Shown here one piece after another: positions 26,752 through 37,002 of a DNA stretch of 64,000 nt; position 1 is the first letter of the stretch; every line of letters starts with the position of its first letter. Under the pieces are notes generated by a model. The model did no database searches and was not told the DNA's origin. It worked only from the letters and a program-made list of their open reading frames with translations. This stretch comes from Candidatus Anstonellales archaeon. GTDB taxonomy: Archaea; Micrarchaeota; Micrarchaeia; Anstonellales; J096. Where the stretch lies: NCBI GenBank assembly GCA_038890745.1, contig JAWAFD010000003.1, positions 77,375 through 141,374 on the forward strand, in the 5' to 3' direction. The translations under genes were made by a program, and so were the position numbers.

Positions 26752-27690
26752 ATGAACATTCTCGGCACAGCGGTGATGGCCCTTTCCTTCAATGCTGCAG
26801 TGCCAAAAATTTATCCTGACAGCGCAGTTCAAAAATATGTAGAAACCAACTATTCCATGATTCAGGAACTAAAGAAAAAACATCCTTTAGTTGATGAGAC
26901 CGATTTAGGAAGAATAGTTTTAACATATAACTCTGTAAGGGTTGGTGGGATATCCGGATTTGCTTATTGGAACAACTCTGCGGATGGAAAGTATAAATCC
27001 ATCCAACGGCTAATCGAAAGTATATCCGCTGGAAAAAGAGACAGCGTAGACTGCGATGAAAGTTCTTCTCTTTTGGTTGCTTTGCTCAGAGCACAAGGAT
27101 ACGATGCTCATCTCTATGTTCCTTTTCAAGGTCATGTGATTGTAAGGGTTCGACTTAACGATGGTATGGACATATTCATGGACCCTTCTCTAGGTGGGTT
27201 TAACGAACCTGGCGGAGGGGTTTATGATTATTATTTTTCAAGCGTAGAAGTAAAAAACGCCATGATCCGGATAGATAGATACTATACAACCAAAACCCTC
27301 CCTAAACTGGATATAGCCGCCTCTAATGTTTCAACCGAAATCCCAGATTCTTCAATACATAAAATAGTTGAAAAAATAAATATTCTAGCGGAGCTCAGCC
27401 CGGAACTGTACGCTGCGTTTATTTGCTCAACTCATGGATTTTACTACGATCTTTCCTACGACCCGTTCAGGGATGCAATGAAAAAGACCTACGCAAAAAA
27501 GGATTTTGAAGCAACAATTAAAGCATATTCAATCTATTTTGGCGTCGATGAAAATACCCTGCGGTCTCTAGAAGCGGTAGGCTATACCTGGGCAGTAAGA
27601 TTTATGGTGTGGCTTTGCCAGTATGGTACGGACGAGCAAAAACAAAATCCAACCAGTACATTAGATACATTTTTGAAGCTTTTCTTCTGA
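26752..27690 (+). CDS. Probably secreted transglutaminase-like cysteine protease/amidase
   Basis: DCDESSSLLVALLRAQG...GHVIVRV...FMDPS; hydrophobic N-terminus. Confidence 0.72.
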   Translation: MNILGTAVMALSFNAAVPKIYPDSAVQKYVETNYSMIQELKKKHPLVDETDLGRIVLTYNSVRVGGISGFAYWNNSADGKYKSIQRLIESISAGKRDSVDCDESSSLLVALLRAQGYDAHLYVPFQGHVIVRVRLNDGMDIFMDPSLGGFNEPGGGVYDYYFSSVEVKNAMIRIDRYYTTKTLPKLDIAASNVSTEIPDSSIHKIVEKINILAELSPELYAAFICSTHGFYYDLSYDPFRDAMKKTYAKKDFEATIKAYSIYFGVDENTLRSLEAVGYTWAVRFMVWLCQYGTDEQKQNPTSTLDTFLKLFF

Positions 27691-27700
27691 AATAATCTGT

Positions 27701-28246
27701 ATGGATATACTTGACGATAAATTCAAGGAAATTTTTTACTCTCAGCTCGTTTCAATAATAGGTGGACTTATTGCCGGAACGCTAATTGCGGTGTATGCAA
27801 ATAACCTTCTTCTCATCCCGGGTATGCTCATCATCCTTCCGGGTTTTTTGGAGATGAGAGGCAACATCAGCGGCTCGCTTGCGGCCCGTCTTACAGCAGG
27901 AATGTTTTTGGGTGTTGTAAAGCCAAATAGAATAAGAACGAAAATTGTTGGTGGAAATGTGGTTGCTTCTTTTATTCTTGCAATCATAGTTTCGCTTTTT
28001 CTTGGACTCGTTGCGTTTGCATTCAATCTTTTTGTTTTAAATCTTTTTTGGCCAAAGATAATCTTCCTTCCCCTGATTGCTGGAATAATCGCAAATGCAA
28101 TAGAAATACCCATTACGATATTTTTTACATTCTATCTTTTTAGAAGGGGCCATGACCCAAACGATATCATGGGACCATTCATAACCTCAACCGGAGATAT
28201 TACTAGCGTACTTTCCCTGCTTTTTGTTGCAATGGTGATTCTATGA
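27701..28246 (+). CDS. MgtE/SLC41 integral-membrane divalent cation transporter half
   Basis: RGNISGSLAARL, GHDPND...PFITSTGD. Confidence 0.85.
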   Translation: MDILDDKFKEIFYSQLVSIIGGLIAGTLIAVYANNLLLIPGMLIILPGFLEMRGNISGSLAARLTAGMFLGVVKPNRIRTKIVGGNVVASFILAIIVSLFLGLVAFAFNLFVLNLFWPKIIFLPLIAGIIANAIEIPITIFFTFYLFRRGHDPNDIMGPFITSTGDITSVLSLLFVAMVIL

Positions 28247-28935
28247 CTGTAAGAAAACATCTTGAAGAGCTTAGGAAGGTTGAAAGGGAAAAGCATCATC
28301 CTCTTATTCACAAAATACATCTCAAGCATAAGATATCCAAGAAAACGCTTCTTTATGTTAAAGAGTACGGTCCGCACAGCAATATTCCAAAAACAATAAT
28401 AAAAGAAAGCCTGAAAATACTCCTCTTCACATCTTTCATAAGCTCTTTTGGCGGTCTTGCGCTTGAGCAGATTAAGGTGGTATTTCTTTCCCTATTCCCC
28501 TTAATTGTGCTTCTCCCTACGCTGAATGACATGATTGGTGATTATGGCATAATAGTTTCCTCAAGGTTTTCAACCCTTCTTCATACAAGAAAGATAAGGG
28601 GTAAGTGGTACAAAAATGAAGAAGTGAAAAAACTGTTTATGCAGGTTTTTGTGGTTGCGATTATTACTGCACTCATAAGTTCGTCCATTGCATTGATTAT
28701 CTCTGCCCTTTCTGGTTTTGGCGTGAACCTTGAAGTCGCCCTAAAGGTTTTTTTTATAAGCATCATAGATGTTGCTCTTATCGTAAGCATGCTCTTCATC
28801 CTTGCCATATTAGCTGGTCTCTATTTTTACAGAAAAAAAGAAGACCCAAACAATTTTCTTATACCCATCACAACATCTTTTGCTGATTTTGTGAATATGC
28901 TTCTTTTAGCGTTTCTCACAATACTTTTATTCTAG
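28243..28935 (+). CDS. MgtE/SLC41 integral-membrane transporter half
   Basis: IGDYGIIVSSRFST, EDPNNFLIPITTSFAD. Confidence 0.82.
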   Translation: MTVRKHLEELRKVEREKHHPLIHKIHLKHKISKKTLLYVKEYGPHSNIPKTIIKESLKILLFTSFISSFGGLALEQIKVVFLSLFPLIVLLPTLNDMIGDYGIIVSSRFSTLLHTRKIRGKWYKNEEVKKLFMQVFVVAIITALISSSIALIISALSGFGVNLEVALKVFFISIIDVALIVSMLFILAILAGLYFYRKKEDPNNFLIPITTSFADFVNMLLLAFLTILLF

Positions 28936-29615
28936 CCCCATCCTTCAAATTTTATGTTCTCTTTTTTTACGCCCAACCTCTCAAAAATCTCCTTCAAAGA
29001 AAGGACCATCTCCATCTTTCCGCACATAAAAACCTTAAATTCACCCAACTCTTTCGGAAGGTATTTTTTCATCATTTCCTCGCTTATTCTTCCTTTCTCA
29101 AAGCCCGGAAACTCTTCACCCGTGAATGTAAATATTGCTTTTATCCTGCCATCATCAGACATTTTTTTTAATTCATCAAAATATACTGTATCGCTTTTTG
29201 TTCTGTTGCTGTAAAAAAGATAAAATTCTCCATCTATTTTGTTTTCCTTTATCCTCCTCAACATTGAGATTATTGGGGCGATTCCTGTTCCGGCGGCAAC
29301 AAAGATACATTTTTTCTCTCCATCATATCCGATATGCCCCAACGGTCCTTCTACCTCAACACTATCCCCCTCTTTCAACCCATCCAAATAAGAAGTGAAT
29401 TTTCCACCCACCATCCTTATTGCAAACTCAAGAAAATTCCATTCCGGGAGAGAAGCTATTGAGTAAGGCCTAAACTCGTTTGTGCCTGGTTTTATGATCT
29501 TTGCAAACTGCCCCGGTAGAAAATTTATATTCTTTCCGTCTTTTGGCTCCACCCTAAATATTTTTGTATTTCCAACCATTTCAATTTTTCTTATGATATA
29601 AATTTTCTTTTCCAT
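28932..29615 (-). CDS. FAD/NAD(P)-binding oxidoreductase (FNR-like)
   Basis: PGQF, RPYSIAS, GKFT, AAGTGIAP, CG, FEGWG. Confidence 0.9.
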   Translation of the reverse strand: MEKKIYIIRKIEMVGNTKIFRVEPKDGKNINFLPGQFAKIIKPGTNEFRPYSIASLPEWNFLEFAIRMVGGKFTSYLDGLKEGDSVEVEGPLGHIGYDGEKKCIFVAAGTGIAPIISMLRRIKENKIDGEFYLFYSNRTKSDTVYFDELKKMSDDGRIKAIFTFTGEEFPGFEKGRISEEMMKKYLPKELGEFKVFMCGKMEMVLSLKEIFERLGVKKENIKFEGWG

Positions 29616-29619
29616 CTAC

Positions 29620-30159
29620 TCACCCATATACTATTACCTTTGCCCATCTTGCAGCACCGCTATACCCCGCCGCAGTATCTATCACCTTTATTCTGTACTG
29701 CTTTCCCTCAGGGCTTATCCATGTTGCATCATCCCCCGGGCAGACCTGAAGTTTCTGCAGTGTTGTGTAGTTTTCAACGAGAATAATCTCAAAAAGCGCG
29801 CAGTACCCTATTTCATTTCTCTGCATGGATATGTCTCGCAGAACAAGGCAATACCTATCGTTTCCAAAATATGTTCCATCTATCTTCGCTTCTCCGTTTT
29901 CAGCGTAGCTTTCGTTTTCAAAAGTTTGATTCGTAGTATTCAAATCGGCTGCACCATCTGTTTCATTAACGGGAGTAGTATCGTTGCCTGCTGGGATATT
30001 CTCTGCGGTGCTTTCTTCTGAGCTTTCGTTCATCCAACTACTCTCATTATAGATTTTTTCACCTATTATTTTTACCATTTTATTTTCATTTTTTTCTTCA
30101 ATATTGGAAATACACCCAGCAAAAAGCATAAGCAAAGCCAGAATTCCTAAAAATCTCAT
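29620..30159 (-). CDS. Putative lipoprotein
   Basis: Lipobox LFAGC; linker rich in NxT/S sequons. Confidence 0.7.
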   Translation of the reverse strand: MRFLGILALLMLFAGCISNIEEKNENKMVKIIGEKIYNESSWMNESSEESTAENIPAGNDTTPVNETDGAADLNTTNQTFENESYAENGEAKIDGTYFGNDRYCLVLRDISMQRNEIGYCALFEIILVENYTTLQKLQVCPGDDATWISPEGKQYRIKVIDTAAGYSGAARWAKVIVYG

Positions 30160-30183
30160 GTGGATATTTCCCTCAACTTATTT

Positions 30184-30759
30184 TTAAACCTTGGGAATAA
30201 CTATGGCTCCATCCTTTCCTTTCAAAAGGGTTGCTTTTCCTTCGGCATAAAGCTTTCCAGTGATCGCGCATGCGATCGCATCTAGTTCATCCTGCGTTTT
30301 TGCCTTTCGCCCATCCACTCCAAACTTTTTTGCCCATTCCAAAATCTCCTTTTTGTTTTTTCTCCTGATTCCGTATACATCATAGGTCGCACCCGGGAAT
30401 ACTTCCATCACCTTTATTTTCTTGCCTATTTTTTCAATACTTTTCTTCAGTTCCATCCCCCTTTTCGTCAGCATTCTCATCGGTCCCAAAGTTATAGGAA
30501 AAAATTTTATCCCTTTTTTTCTCAACATCAGGTCGCATTCCCTAAAATGTTTATTATTTCTTTCTTCAATTTTTTTCCTTCCTGCGGGTAGAGAAAGCGG
30601 CGCGTCTATTGCAACAATATTCGGTTTTTCATTTTTTATTAGATTTAGAATTTCCTGATTCATATACACTGTTCCATGCTTCGCTTTTCCTTTTTCAATG
30701 ATGCAATATCCAGTAGCCCTTTTTTCGCTCCCCGCAAGGTCTAACCCTAAAATTTTCAT
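30184..30759 (-). CDS. DUF429 family (RNase H-like fold) protein
   Basis: GLDLAG, AIDAPLSLP, EVFP, DELDA. Confidence 0.88.
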   Translation of the reverse strand: MKILGLDLAGSEKRATGYCIIEKGKAKHGTVYMNQEILNLIKNEKPNIVAIDAPLSLPAGRKKIEERNNKHFRECDLMLRKKGIKFFPITLGPMRMLTKRGMELKKSIEKIGKKIKVMEVFPGATYDVYGIRRKNKKEILEWAKKFGVDGRKAKTQDELDAIACAITGKLYAEGKATLLKGKDGAIVIPKV

Positions 30760-30810
30760 AAAGGATAACCTGGCTAAATATTTTTAATGCATTCGTATTG
30801 AATAATCAGC

Positions 30811-32505
30811 ATGGATGTTGAAGAAATAATAAGAAAACACGCGATAAAGAATGCCTACGATTATGGAAAAGCAAATGCGGGGGCGGTTGCAGGAAAAGTG
30901 ATCGCCGATTATCCAGAGGCAAAAAACAGCATGAAAGAAATTATGCAGAAAATAAGCAAGATAGTTAATGAGATAAATAAGATGAAAAAAGAGGAGATTG
31001 AAAAAGAACTTGCCAAATACTCTTTTGAGAAAAAAGAGAAAAAAGAAAAAACAATAACCCTGCCAAATGCCGAGGAAGGTAAGGTTGTGACCCGCTTTCC
31101 GCCGGAGCCGAACGGCTACCCACACATAGGCCATGCAAAAGCAGTGTTCCTCGATTATGAGTCGGCAAAATCCTATGGAGGGAAGATGCTCCTAAGGTTC
31201 GATGACACAAACCCAAAAAAAGAAAAGCAGGAATACGTTGATGGAATAAAAGAAAGTTTAAAATGGTTGGGGGTAAAGTGGGAAAAAGAAACATACACCT
31301 CAGATTACATGCCAAAACTTTATGAATTTGCTGAAAAGCTTATTTCGCTCGGAAAGGCATACGTCTGCTTATGCGGGCAGGATGAGATAAAAGAAAACAG
31401 AAAAAAAATGAAAGAATGCGTGCATAGGAAGCAAAGCATTCAGAAGAACACAGAGCTTTGGAAGGATATGCTTTCTGGAAAATTTGAGGAGGGAGAGGCG
31501 ATTCTCAGATACAAAGGGAACATGCAATCCGAGAATACAGTAATGCGAGACCCAACTATTTTCAGAATAATAAAAGGAGAGCACTACAGGCAAAAAAACA
31601 AATATTTTGTTTGGCCTTCCTATGATTTTGAGGCCCCGATTTTGGATAGCATTGAGGGGGTTACGCATGCGATGCGTAGCAAAGAGTACGAATTGAGAGA
31701 AGCGCTTTATTACTCTATCCTAGATGATCTCGGATTGAGGAAGCCGATCCTTATACACTTCGCAAGGTTGAGTATAAAGAACGCTCCAATAAGTAAGCGC
31801 CTTCTAACACCATTAGTTCTTGAAGGAAAAGTGTCTGGTTGGGACGACCCTCGGCTTCCAACCCTAATGGGATTGAAAAGAAGGGGGATTGTTCCGGAAG
31901 CAATAAGAAATTTTGTTTTAAGATTTGGAATAGGAAAAACAGAAAGCGAGCCGGGATGGGAGATTCTTCTTGCAGAGAACAGAAAACTATTAGATCCGGT
32001 TGCAAAAAGATTTTTCTTTGTAAAGGAGCCGATTCTTTTGGAGGTTGAGAATTCAAGGCCGCAAACAGTTCTTTTAAAAGACCATCCAGATTCAGAAAAA
32101 AGAAGTAGGGTTTTCAATGTTGCAAAAGAATTCTACATCCAGCATGATGATGCGAAAAATTTAGAAATTGGCGAGAAAATCCGCCTTAAAGATTTGTTTA
32201 ACATAGAGATTGTTGAGAAAAGCAAGGAAAAAATAAAAGCAAGAATTATTGAAATAAAAGAGATGCCCCAGCTTAAAATACAATGGCTTCCAAAAAATGA
32301 GGTTGTTCCATGCAAGGTTCTTGTTCCAGGTGATCTTCTTACCGAACACGGAAAGTATAACAGAGAAAGCTTGAGAATAGATGAAGGATACTGCGAAAAG
32401 AATGCTGAAGAGTTAAGCATTGGTAATATCATTCAATTTGAGAGGTATGGGTTTTGTAGGTTGGATAAAAAAGAAGAAGAGATGGAATTTATATATTCTT
32501 GTTAA
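30811..32505 (+). CDS. gltX: Glutamyl-tRNA synthetase (archaeal)
   Basis: RFPPEPNGYPHIGH, RFDDTNP, SKR, WDDPRLPT, QFERYGF. Confidence 0.96.
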   Translation: MDVEEIIRKHAIKNAYDYGKANAGAVAGKVIADYPEAKNSMKEIMQKISKIVNEINKMKKEEIEKELAKYSFEKKEKKEKTITLPNAEEGKVVTRFPPEPNGYPHIGHAKAVFLDYESAKSYGGKMLLRFDDTNPKKEKQEYVDGIKESLKWLGVKWEKETYTSDYMPKLYEFAEKLISLGKAYVCLCGQDEIKENRKKMKECVHRKQSIQKNTELWKDMLSGKFEEGEAILRYKGNMQSENTVMRDPTIFRIIKGEHYRQKNKYFVWPSYDFEAPILDSIEGVTHAMRSKEYELREALYYSILDDLGLRKPILIHFARLSIKNAPISKRLLTPLVLEGKVSGWDDPRLPTLMGLKRRGIVPEAIRNFVLRFGIGKTESEPGWEILLAENRKLLDPVAKRFFFVKEPILLEVENSRPQTVLLKDHPDSEKRSRVFNVAKEFYIQHDDAKNLEIGEKIRLKDLFNIEIVEKSKEKIKARIIEIKEMPQLKIQWLPKNEVVPCKVLVPGDLLTEHGKYNRESLRIDEGYCEKNAEELSIGNIIQFERYGFCRLDKKEEEMEFIYSC

Positions 32506-33567
32506 CTACTCAAATTGTTGTCTTGTCTTTCTTATTTCTTTTAGAAAATTCCTTATCCCATCAATGTAAAATTCCTTTTCGCTTATTTTGTATTGTGTTT
32601 TTCTCATTTCAAATAATTCCACGTAATTTTTAAACCTTTCGAGTATCTCTTCCGTCTCTTCTGATGTTTCACCATCCATTTCGTTAACCAGCACTTTTAT
32701 TATTTCCCTTAACCTTTCCAGATAAATAATTTCTGAGTTTCGTGCCGCCACGTGATACATATCGTCAAAAGCAACCAAAATAGAAGGAATCACGTTTTCG
32801 CCGGCAATCTTTTTTAGTTCTATGAATTCTGGAAGAACACGGTTAGTGTATACCTCAGCAATATCCCTATTTTCAAGATTCGTTTGGTATATAAGGAGAA
32901 TGCTTCCAAACGCATCCGCAGCCTCTTTGTACATTTCGTTTTGTTTATAAAAATCCGCCAGAGCATCAGCAGCTTCTATTATTGCTAATGGATGCTGAGA
33001 ATCCACCATTTCTTTAAAAAGTGTTTTCAAAATCCTTTCTGCTTTTTCATAACTTTCATATGATGCAAGGGATTTTACTATTTTTATTTCGCTTAATGCT
33101 TCTTCAACCTTATCCAAAGAAAGAAGGGCCATAATTCCCAGCGACATGTATTTTACTCCATCCTTTTTTCTTCCTCTTATATACTCACAAAAACCAATAC
33201 TCTTGTAAACTTTTGCGAGCTCTTCGCTGGCTTCCTCCTCTTCCTCAGCCCATTTTTTTGTATCCTTGATTAATTCTCTAAACTTTTTCATATTTTTAAT
33301 TTTTTTAATTTCTTCCCCCAACGCTCGGTATTCATCACTTATCAAGAGTATACCAAGAGCTGTTTTTTCATAGAAAGCATCGGCTAACTTTTCAGCAACC
33401 AAACATATCGTTTCTTCCGGTGCTCCACCCATATCGATTATGCGCGATATCTGATCGCTGAGGGAAAGTTCGCCCTTCCTAGCAAATCCTATTGGCCTGC
33501 TAATAGGTCCTTTTCTCTCTTCCGCAACTTCTCCTCTTCTTCCGAACCCAATTGCCTCCTTTGCCAT
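32506..33567 (-). CDS. Hypothetical alpha-helical repeat (TPR/SNAP-like) protein
   Basis: All-helical pattern such as LADFYKQNEMYKEAADAF. Confidence 0.55.
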   Translation of the reverse strand: MAKEAIGFGRRGEVAEERKGPISRPIGFARKGELSLSDQISRIIDMGGAPEETICLVAEKLADAFYEKTALGILLISDEYRALGEEIKKIKNMKKFRELIKDTKKWAEEEEEASEELAKVYKSIGFCEYIRGRKKDGVKYMSLGIMALLSLDKVEEALSEIKIVKSLASYESYEKAERILKTLFKEMVDSQHPLAIIEAADALADFYKQNEMYKEAADAFGSILLIYQTNLENRDIAEVYTNRVLPEFIELKKIAGENVIPSILVAFDDMYHVAARNSEIIYLERLREIIKVLVNEMDGETSEETEEILERFKNYVELFEMRKTQYKISEKEFYIDGIRNFLKEIRKTRQQFE

Positions 33568-33640
33568 ATTCCCACATCCTTAGCCTTGTTTCGCTCTATT
33601 GTATAAACAACATTTCTGTTTATATTTGTTTGTGTTATGA

Positions 33641-34411
33641 ATGAGATATATGCTTGTTCCGCCACATAATCCCATTAAAAATATTAAATATTTGGTATGG
33701 GATCTTAATGGAACTATAGATGCGCTTCCTTTAAAGCTTAAAAACCTCAGCGTTAAAGATAAAAAGCACTTCGTATGGAGGTATAAGGATATCTTATCCG
33801 AGGGCCTAGGAAATAAAGAGAAGCGTAAATTGGAAAGGATAGCAAAAAAAGCAGAAATAGATTTTGAGAAAAGACCAGATGCAAACCCGTTGCATTTTAT
33901 AACCACTCTCGGGTGGTATGCTTTGCATAAAAATATGCTTTCCAGAGAGGAGCGCAACATAAGAATGCAAAAATTGTTCGCTGAGATTGCGGAAGAAATA
34001 GGGTTTATAGAGCAAGGGTATAATGAGCATGTTGCAAATTTCATCCTTTCTAACGATTTTTTCGTACACTATCTTATTACAAACCTTCCAAAAGAACCCG
34101 CTTCGTTAATACTTTCTGAGATGGGTTTGCTGAATGCTTTTGAGAGAATGTTTTTCTATGTAATCAAATCAAACGAAGAATTGCTTAAGGCTTTATTGCT
34201 GAAGACAATTGTTGAAAATCGAAGAAAAAGTAGATTTCTCGTTATAGGAGACGAGTATTTTAAGGAAATAAAAATAGCCCACGACTGCGGTATCCCAACT
34301 GCCTGGATTAACCCAGGGATGATAATAAAAACAGAGCATTATTTTCATCCAGAGTTGGTTGCGAACTCTCCGAATGAACTTGTTCTTTATCTTGATGAAA
34401 ACTATTTTTAA
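33641..34411 (+). CDS. HAD-superfamily protein with a degenerate motif I (DxN)
   Basis: WDLNGTI, LITN, VIGD...EI..A...GIPTAWI. Confidence 0.7.
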   Translation: MRYMLVPPHNPIKNIKYLVWDLNGTIDALPLKLKNLSVKDKKHFVWRYKDILSEGLGNKEKRKLERIAKKAEIDFEKRPDANPLHFITTLGWYALHKNMLSREERNIRMQKLFAEIAEEIGFIEQGYNEHVANFILSNDFFVHYLITNLPKEPASLILSEMGLLNAFERMFFYVIKSNEELLKALLLKTIVENRRKSRFLVIGDEYFKEIKIAHDCGIPTAWINPGMIIKTEHYFHPELVANSPNELVLYLDENYF

Positions 34412-34836
34412 CTATTTAAAATTTCTTTCAAATTTTCTTCACTGAAAACTTTTTTCACGGCATTCCTTATTGCTTCTTTGTGTGCAGTGGCGTAATAGAC
34501 ATGCGAGCAGTAGTCAAGTAAGCCTTCACTAGGACCGTACTCCGTTATTACGCCAATAAGTTGTTTTTCTATTTTTCTCGATTCTTTCTGTATTTCAGCC
34601 ATAACTTTTTCTTTAAGTTTTCGCATCTTTTCATCATTAAGTTGTTCTATAATTCCATTCGGTATATTTGCCACTATTTTTCTCGCAAACCTTTTTCCGC
34701 AATACTTTGCAATCATATCCACTAGTTGGTTTGTTATGTTTGCATACGGCGAATCCGGTTCTGGCTTTCTTAGAAAGAATTCTCTTAGGTTTGGAGGAAA
34801 GGTTTGAAAAAAAGAAAGAAATTCAGATTTCGGCAT
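34408..34836 (-). CDS. Hypothetical protein
   Basis: ORF with GAGGGA SD, downstream of the large membrane protein. Confidence 0.55.
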   Translation of the reverse strand: MPKSEFLSFFQTFPPNLREFFLRKPEPDSPYANITNQLVDMIAKYCGKRFARKIVANIPNGIIEQLNDEKMRKLKEKVMAEIQKESRKIEKQLIGVITEYGPSEGLLDYCSHVYYATAHKEAIRNAVKKVFSEENLKEILNS

Positions 34837-34848
34837 GTTTTCCCTCTA

Positions 34849-37002
34849 CTATCTCACCTTCTTTATTGGTACAAATTCCCATTTCTGTTCTACAGTATCA
34901 AATAGCCATTTACCCATTCCAGTTTTGCCAGGCCATCCGCCTACCAGCTCTCCGTCTCCTCCAACGCCGTAGTTATACAGCTGTCCACCAGAAGCAAAGT
35001 ATCCCTTTGCTCTCCCTATCGCACCCAATACTTCTGCTTCAGGGTACACAACCGTTTGCCCTGGATATATCCCAGGACCTGTCGGGCTTGTTGTTGGAAC
35101 TGTTTGATAGACATCATGGCCCGGAAGGTTTGCGCAAACATGGTCCTTTAATGCATCCACTGCATATAATCTTTCTTGTGGCGTCAAAGATATTCCATAC
35201 ATCCTTGCATAATGATCAACCGCTTGTTCAGAGCCATTCCATATACTTCCTCCATGCTCTGCTGTATATACATAGGTGGAGTCCCCGGAGACATGCATTA
35301 CTTTATCCATAGAGCCAGCTCCAGCCTCCTTAACATGCGAAGCAAAAGTTGCGCCAGCATCATGCGGTGATACTATGCTATTCCATATCCCCATTATTCC
35401 TTGCACTACACCAGTAAATGCAGCTACAAGTCCCCCTACTGTTATGGATAGGATTCTCTTCACTATTCTATGTCCTCTTATGTTTCTCGCAACCCCAACT
35501 CCCTCAATTGCTATTCTGTCTGCTGTATCCGTTCCCATATGTACAGCGTCCACCAGATCGCTCTCTCTCAATTCTCTTCCTGTAAGTATATTTCTTATTA
35601 CCCTTCGAGCACCGTCTTCTCTGCTTCTTCTCCACACATGGTTTGCTCCATCATACATGCCCTCTGTTGTCATCCATGCGCCTATTCCGTTCCATACTCC
35701 TCTTGCGATCAGAATACCGGCTCCAAGCAATGGGTTTATGAACATTGCTGCAATTCCTGCACCAAGCATGCCTAAACCTATGAACATTCTAAGACCAGCG
35801 TGTCTTCTCCACCATCTATTAAACCTATCTCTGACCGTGTTCTGATATGCTGCTTGGTTGAGTATCTCCATCTCTCTTCTCAAAATAGCTGCTCTTTCAT
35901 TGTCGTCAGCACCCGCAGCAAGCTGGGCTCTTAAGTACTGAATGTAATTTTGAATTATTTGCTGTTCCCTTTGCAAAACACTTCTCACATGATAACTTCC
36001 TTGGAATATTTTTTCCCTTGCTCTAAGAAGAGCAGCGTACTCAAGAACAGGTGTAGGTGGAGATTGAATTCCACCCTGGTCGCTCGGAGTTCCTCCTGGA
36101 GATGAAGGCTGTCTAGAAGTTTGCTGAGGTGTCGTTGGTTGCTTCCCTGCAGGCTGGATGACCGGGCATGAGGACGGGCACGGCGGAGGATTGAGCAGAG
36201 CAAGCAGTTTTTTTGCGTCATCCTCTTCGGCTACTTTTTTTATTTTCCATGCTCTATCCGCGAGCATTCCTTTTTTATTTTCCTCATGAGCTGTTTTGGC
36301 CCCCTCCTCAAGCTGTTTCGCATATTCTTTTGCAAAATATTTTGCAACATCATCAAGCTTTATTTCAAGAGCGTTGTAAATATTTTGGTACATATTTTTA
36401 GTTTCATCACTTTGATAATACTGAGAAAATATATAAAATGCAGTTAGTAATTTTTTTCCATCGTTATTCTCCAGCGCTTCGTTCATAAGTTCTATAATTT
36501 TTTCAAACTGTTCTTTCACACTTCGTTCACCAATAGTTGCAGATTCACTTTCAATTTTTTTTACATAATTTTCTGCAATACTTTTAGCCTCATCAGTCAA
36601 GCATATTCCATAGCTGAAAATGTAATTAGCAAGCTCATCCGGTGTGATGGGAGGGTATCTGTCTTTATTTGCTTTTGTTTTGATGATTTGAATAGCATCC
36701 TTTGCCAGTTTTTCTCTTTCCTCAGCTTCTGCCTTTATTTTTTCCTTCTCTCTTTGCAACATTTCTGCGAATGCCCCCAAGTCATTTTTTGATTTTTTCC
36801 ATTCTTTTTTGATTAAACTCCAACTATCCTTAATTTCCTCTCTCATCTTTTTTGTTTCTTTTGTTATTTGTTTCATATGTTTTAAGATTATTTTCTGTGC
36901 ATTTTTTTTATCCGGATTGTTTCGGAATAGAAATATCTGCTTAGCCAGATTCTCTTGTAGTTCTTCAACCATATTTATGTACTTTGAATATTCTTCTTCC
37001 AT
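34849..37002 (-). CDS. Large membrane protein: coiled coil, Pro-rich linker, TM hairpins, C-terminal LysM-like domain
   Basis: YTAEHGGSIW...IYPGQTVVYP; Gly-rich hydrophobic segments; start 37002 (or 37053) chosen from TATA/SD position. Confidence 0.65.
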   Translation of the reverse strand: MEEEYSKYINMVEELQENLAKQIFLFRNNPDKKNAQKIILKHMKQITKETKKMREEIKDSWSLIKKEWKKSKNDLGAFAEMLQREKEKIKAEAEEREKLAKDAIQIIKTKANKDRYPPITPDELANYIFSYGICLTDEAKSIAENYVKKIESESATIGERSVKEQFEKIIELMNEALENNDGKKLLTAFYIFSQYYQSDETKNMYQNIYNALEIKLDDVAKYFAKEYAKQLEEGAKTAHEENKKGMLADRAWKIKKVAEEDDAKKLLALLNPPPCPSSCPVIQPAGKQPTTPQQTSRQPSSPGGTPSDQGGIQSPPTPVLEYAALLRAREKIFQGSYHVRSVLQREQQIIQNYIQYLRAQLAAGADDNERAAILRREMEILNQAAYQNTVRDRFNRWWRRHAGLRMFIGLGMLGAGIAAMFINPLLGAGILIARGVWNGIGAWMTTEGMYDGANHVWRRSREDGARRVIRNILTGRELRESDLVDAVHMGTDTADRIAIEGVGVARNIRGHRIVKRILSITVGGLVAAFTGVVQGIMGIWNSIVSPHDAGATFASHVKEAGAGSMDKVMHVSGDSTYVYTAEHGGSIWNGSEQAVDHYARMYGISLTPQERLYAVDALKDHVCANLPGHDVYQTVPTTSPTGPGIYPGQTVVYPEAEVLGAIGRAKGYFASGGQLYNYGVGGDGELVGGWPGKTGMGKWLFDTVEQKWEFVPIKKVR

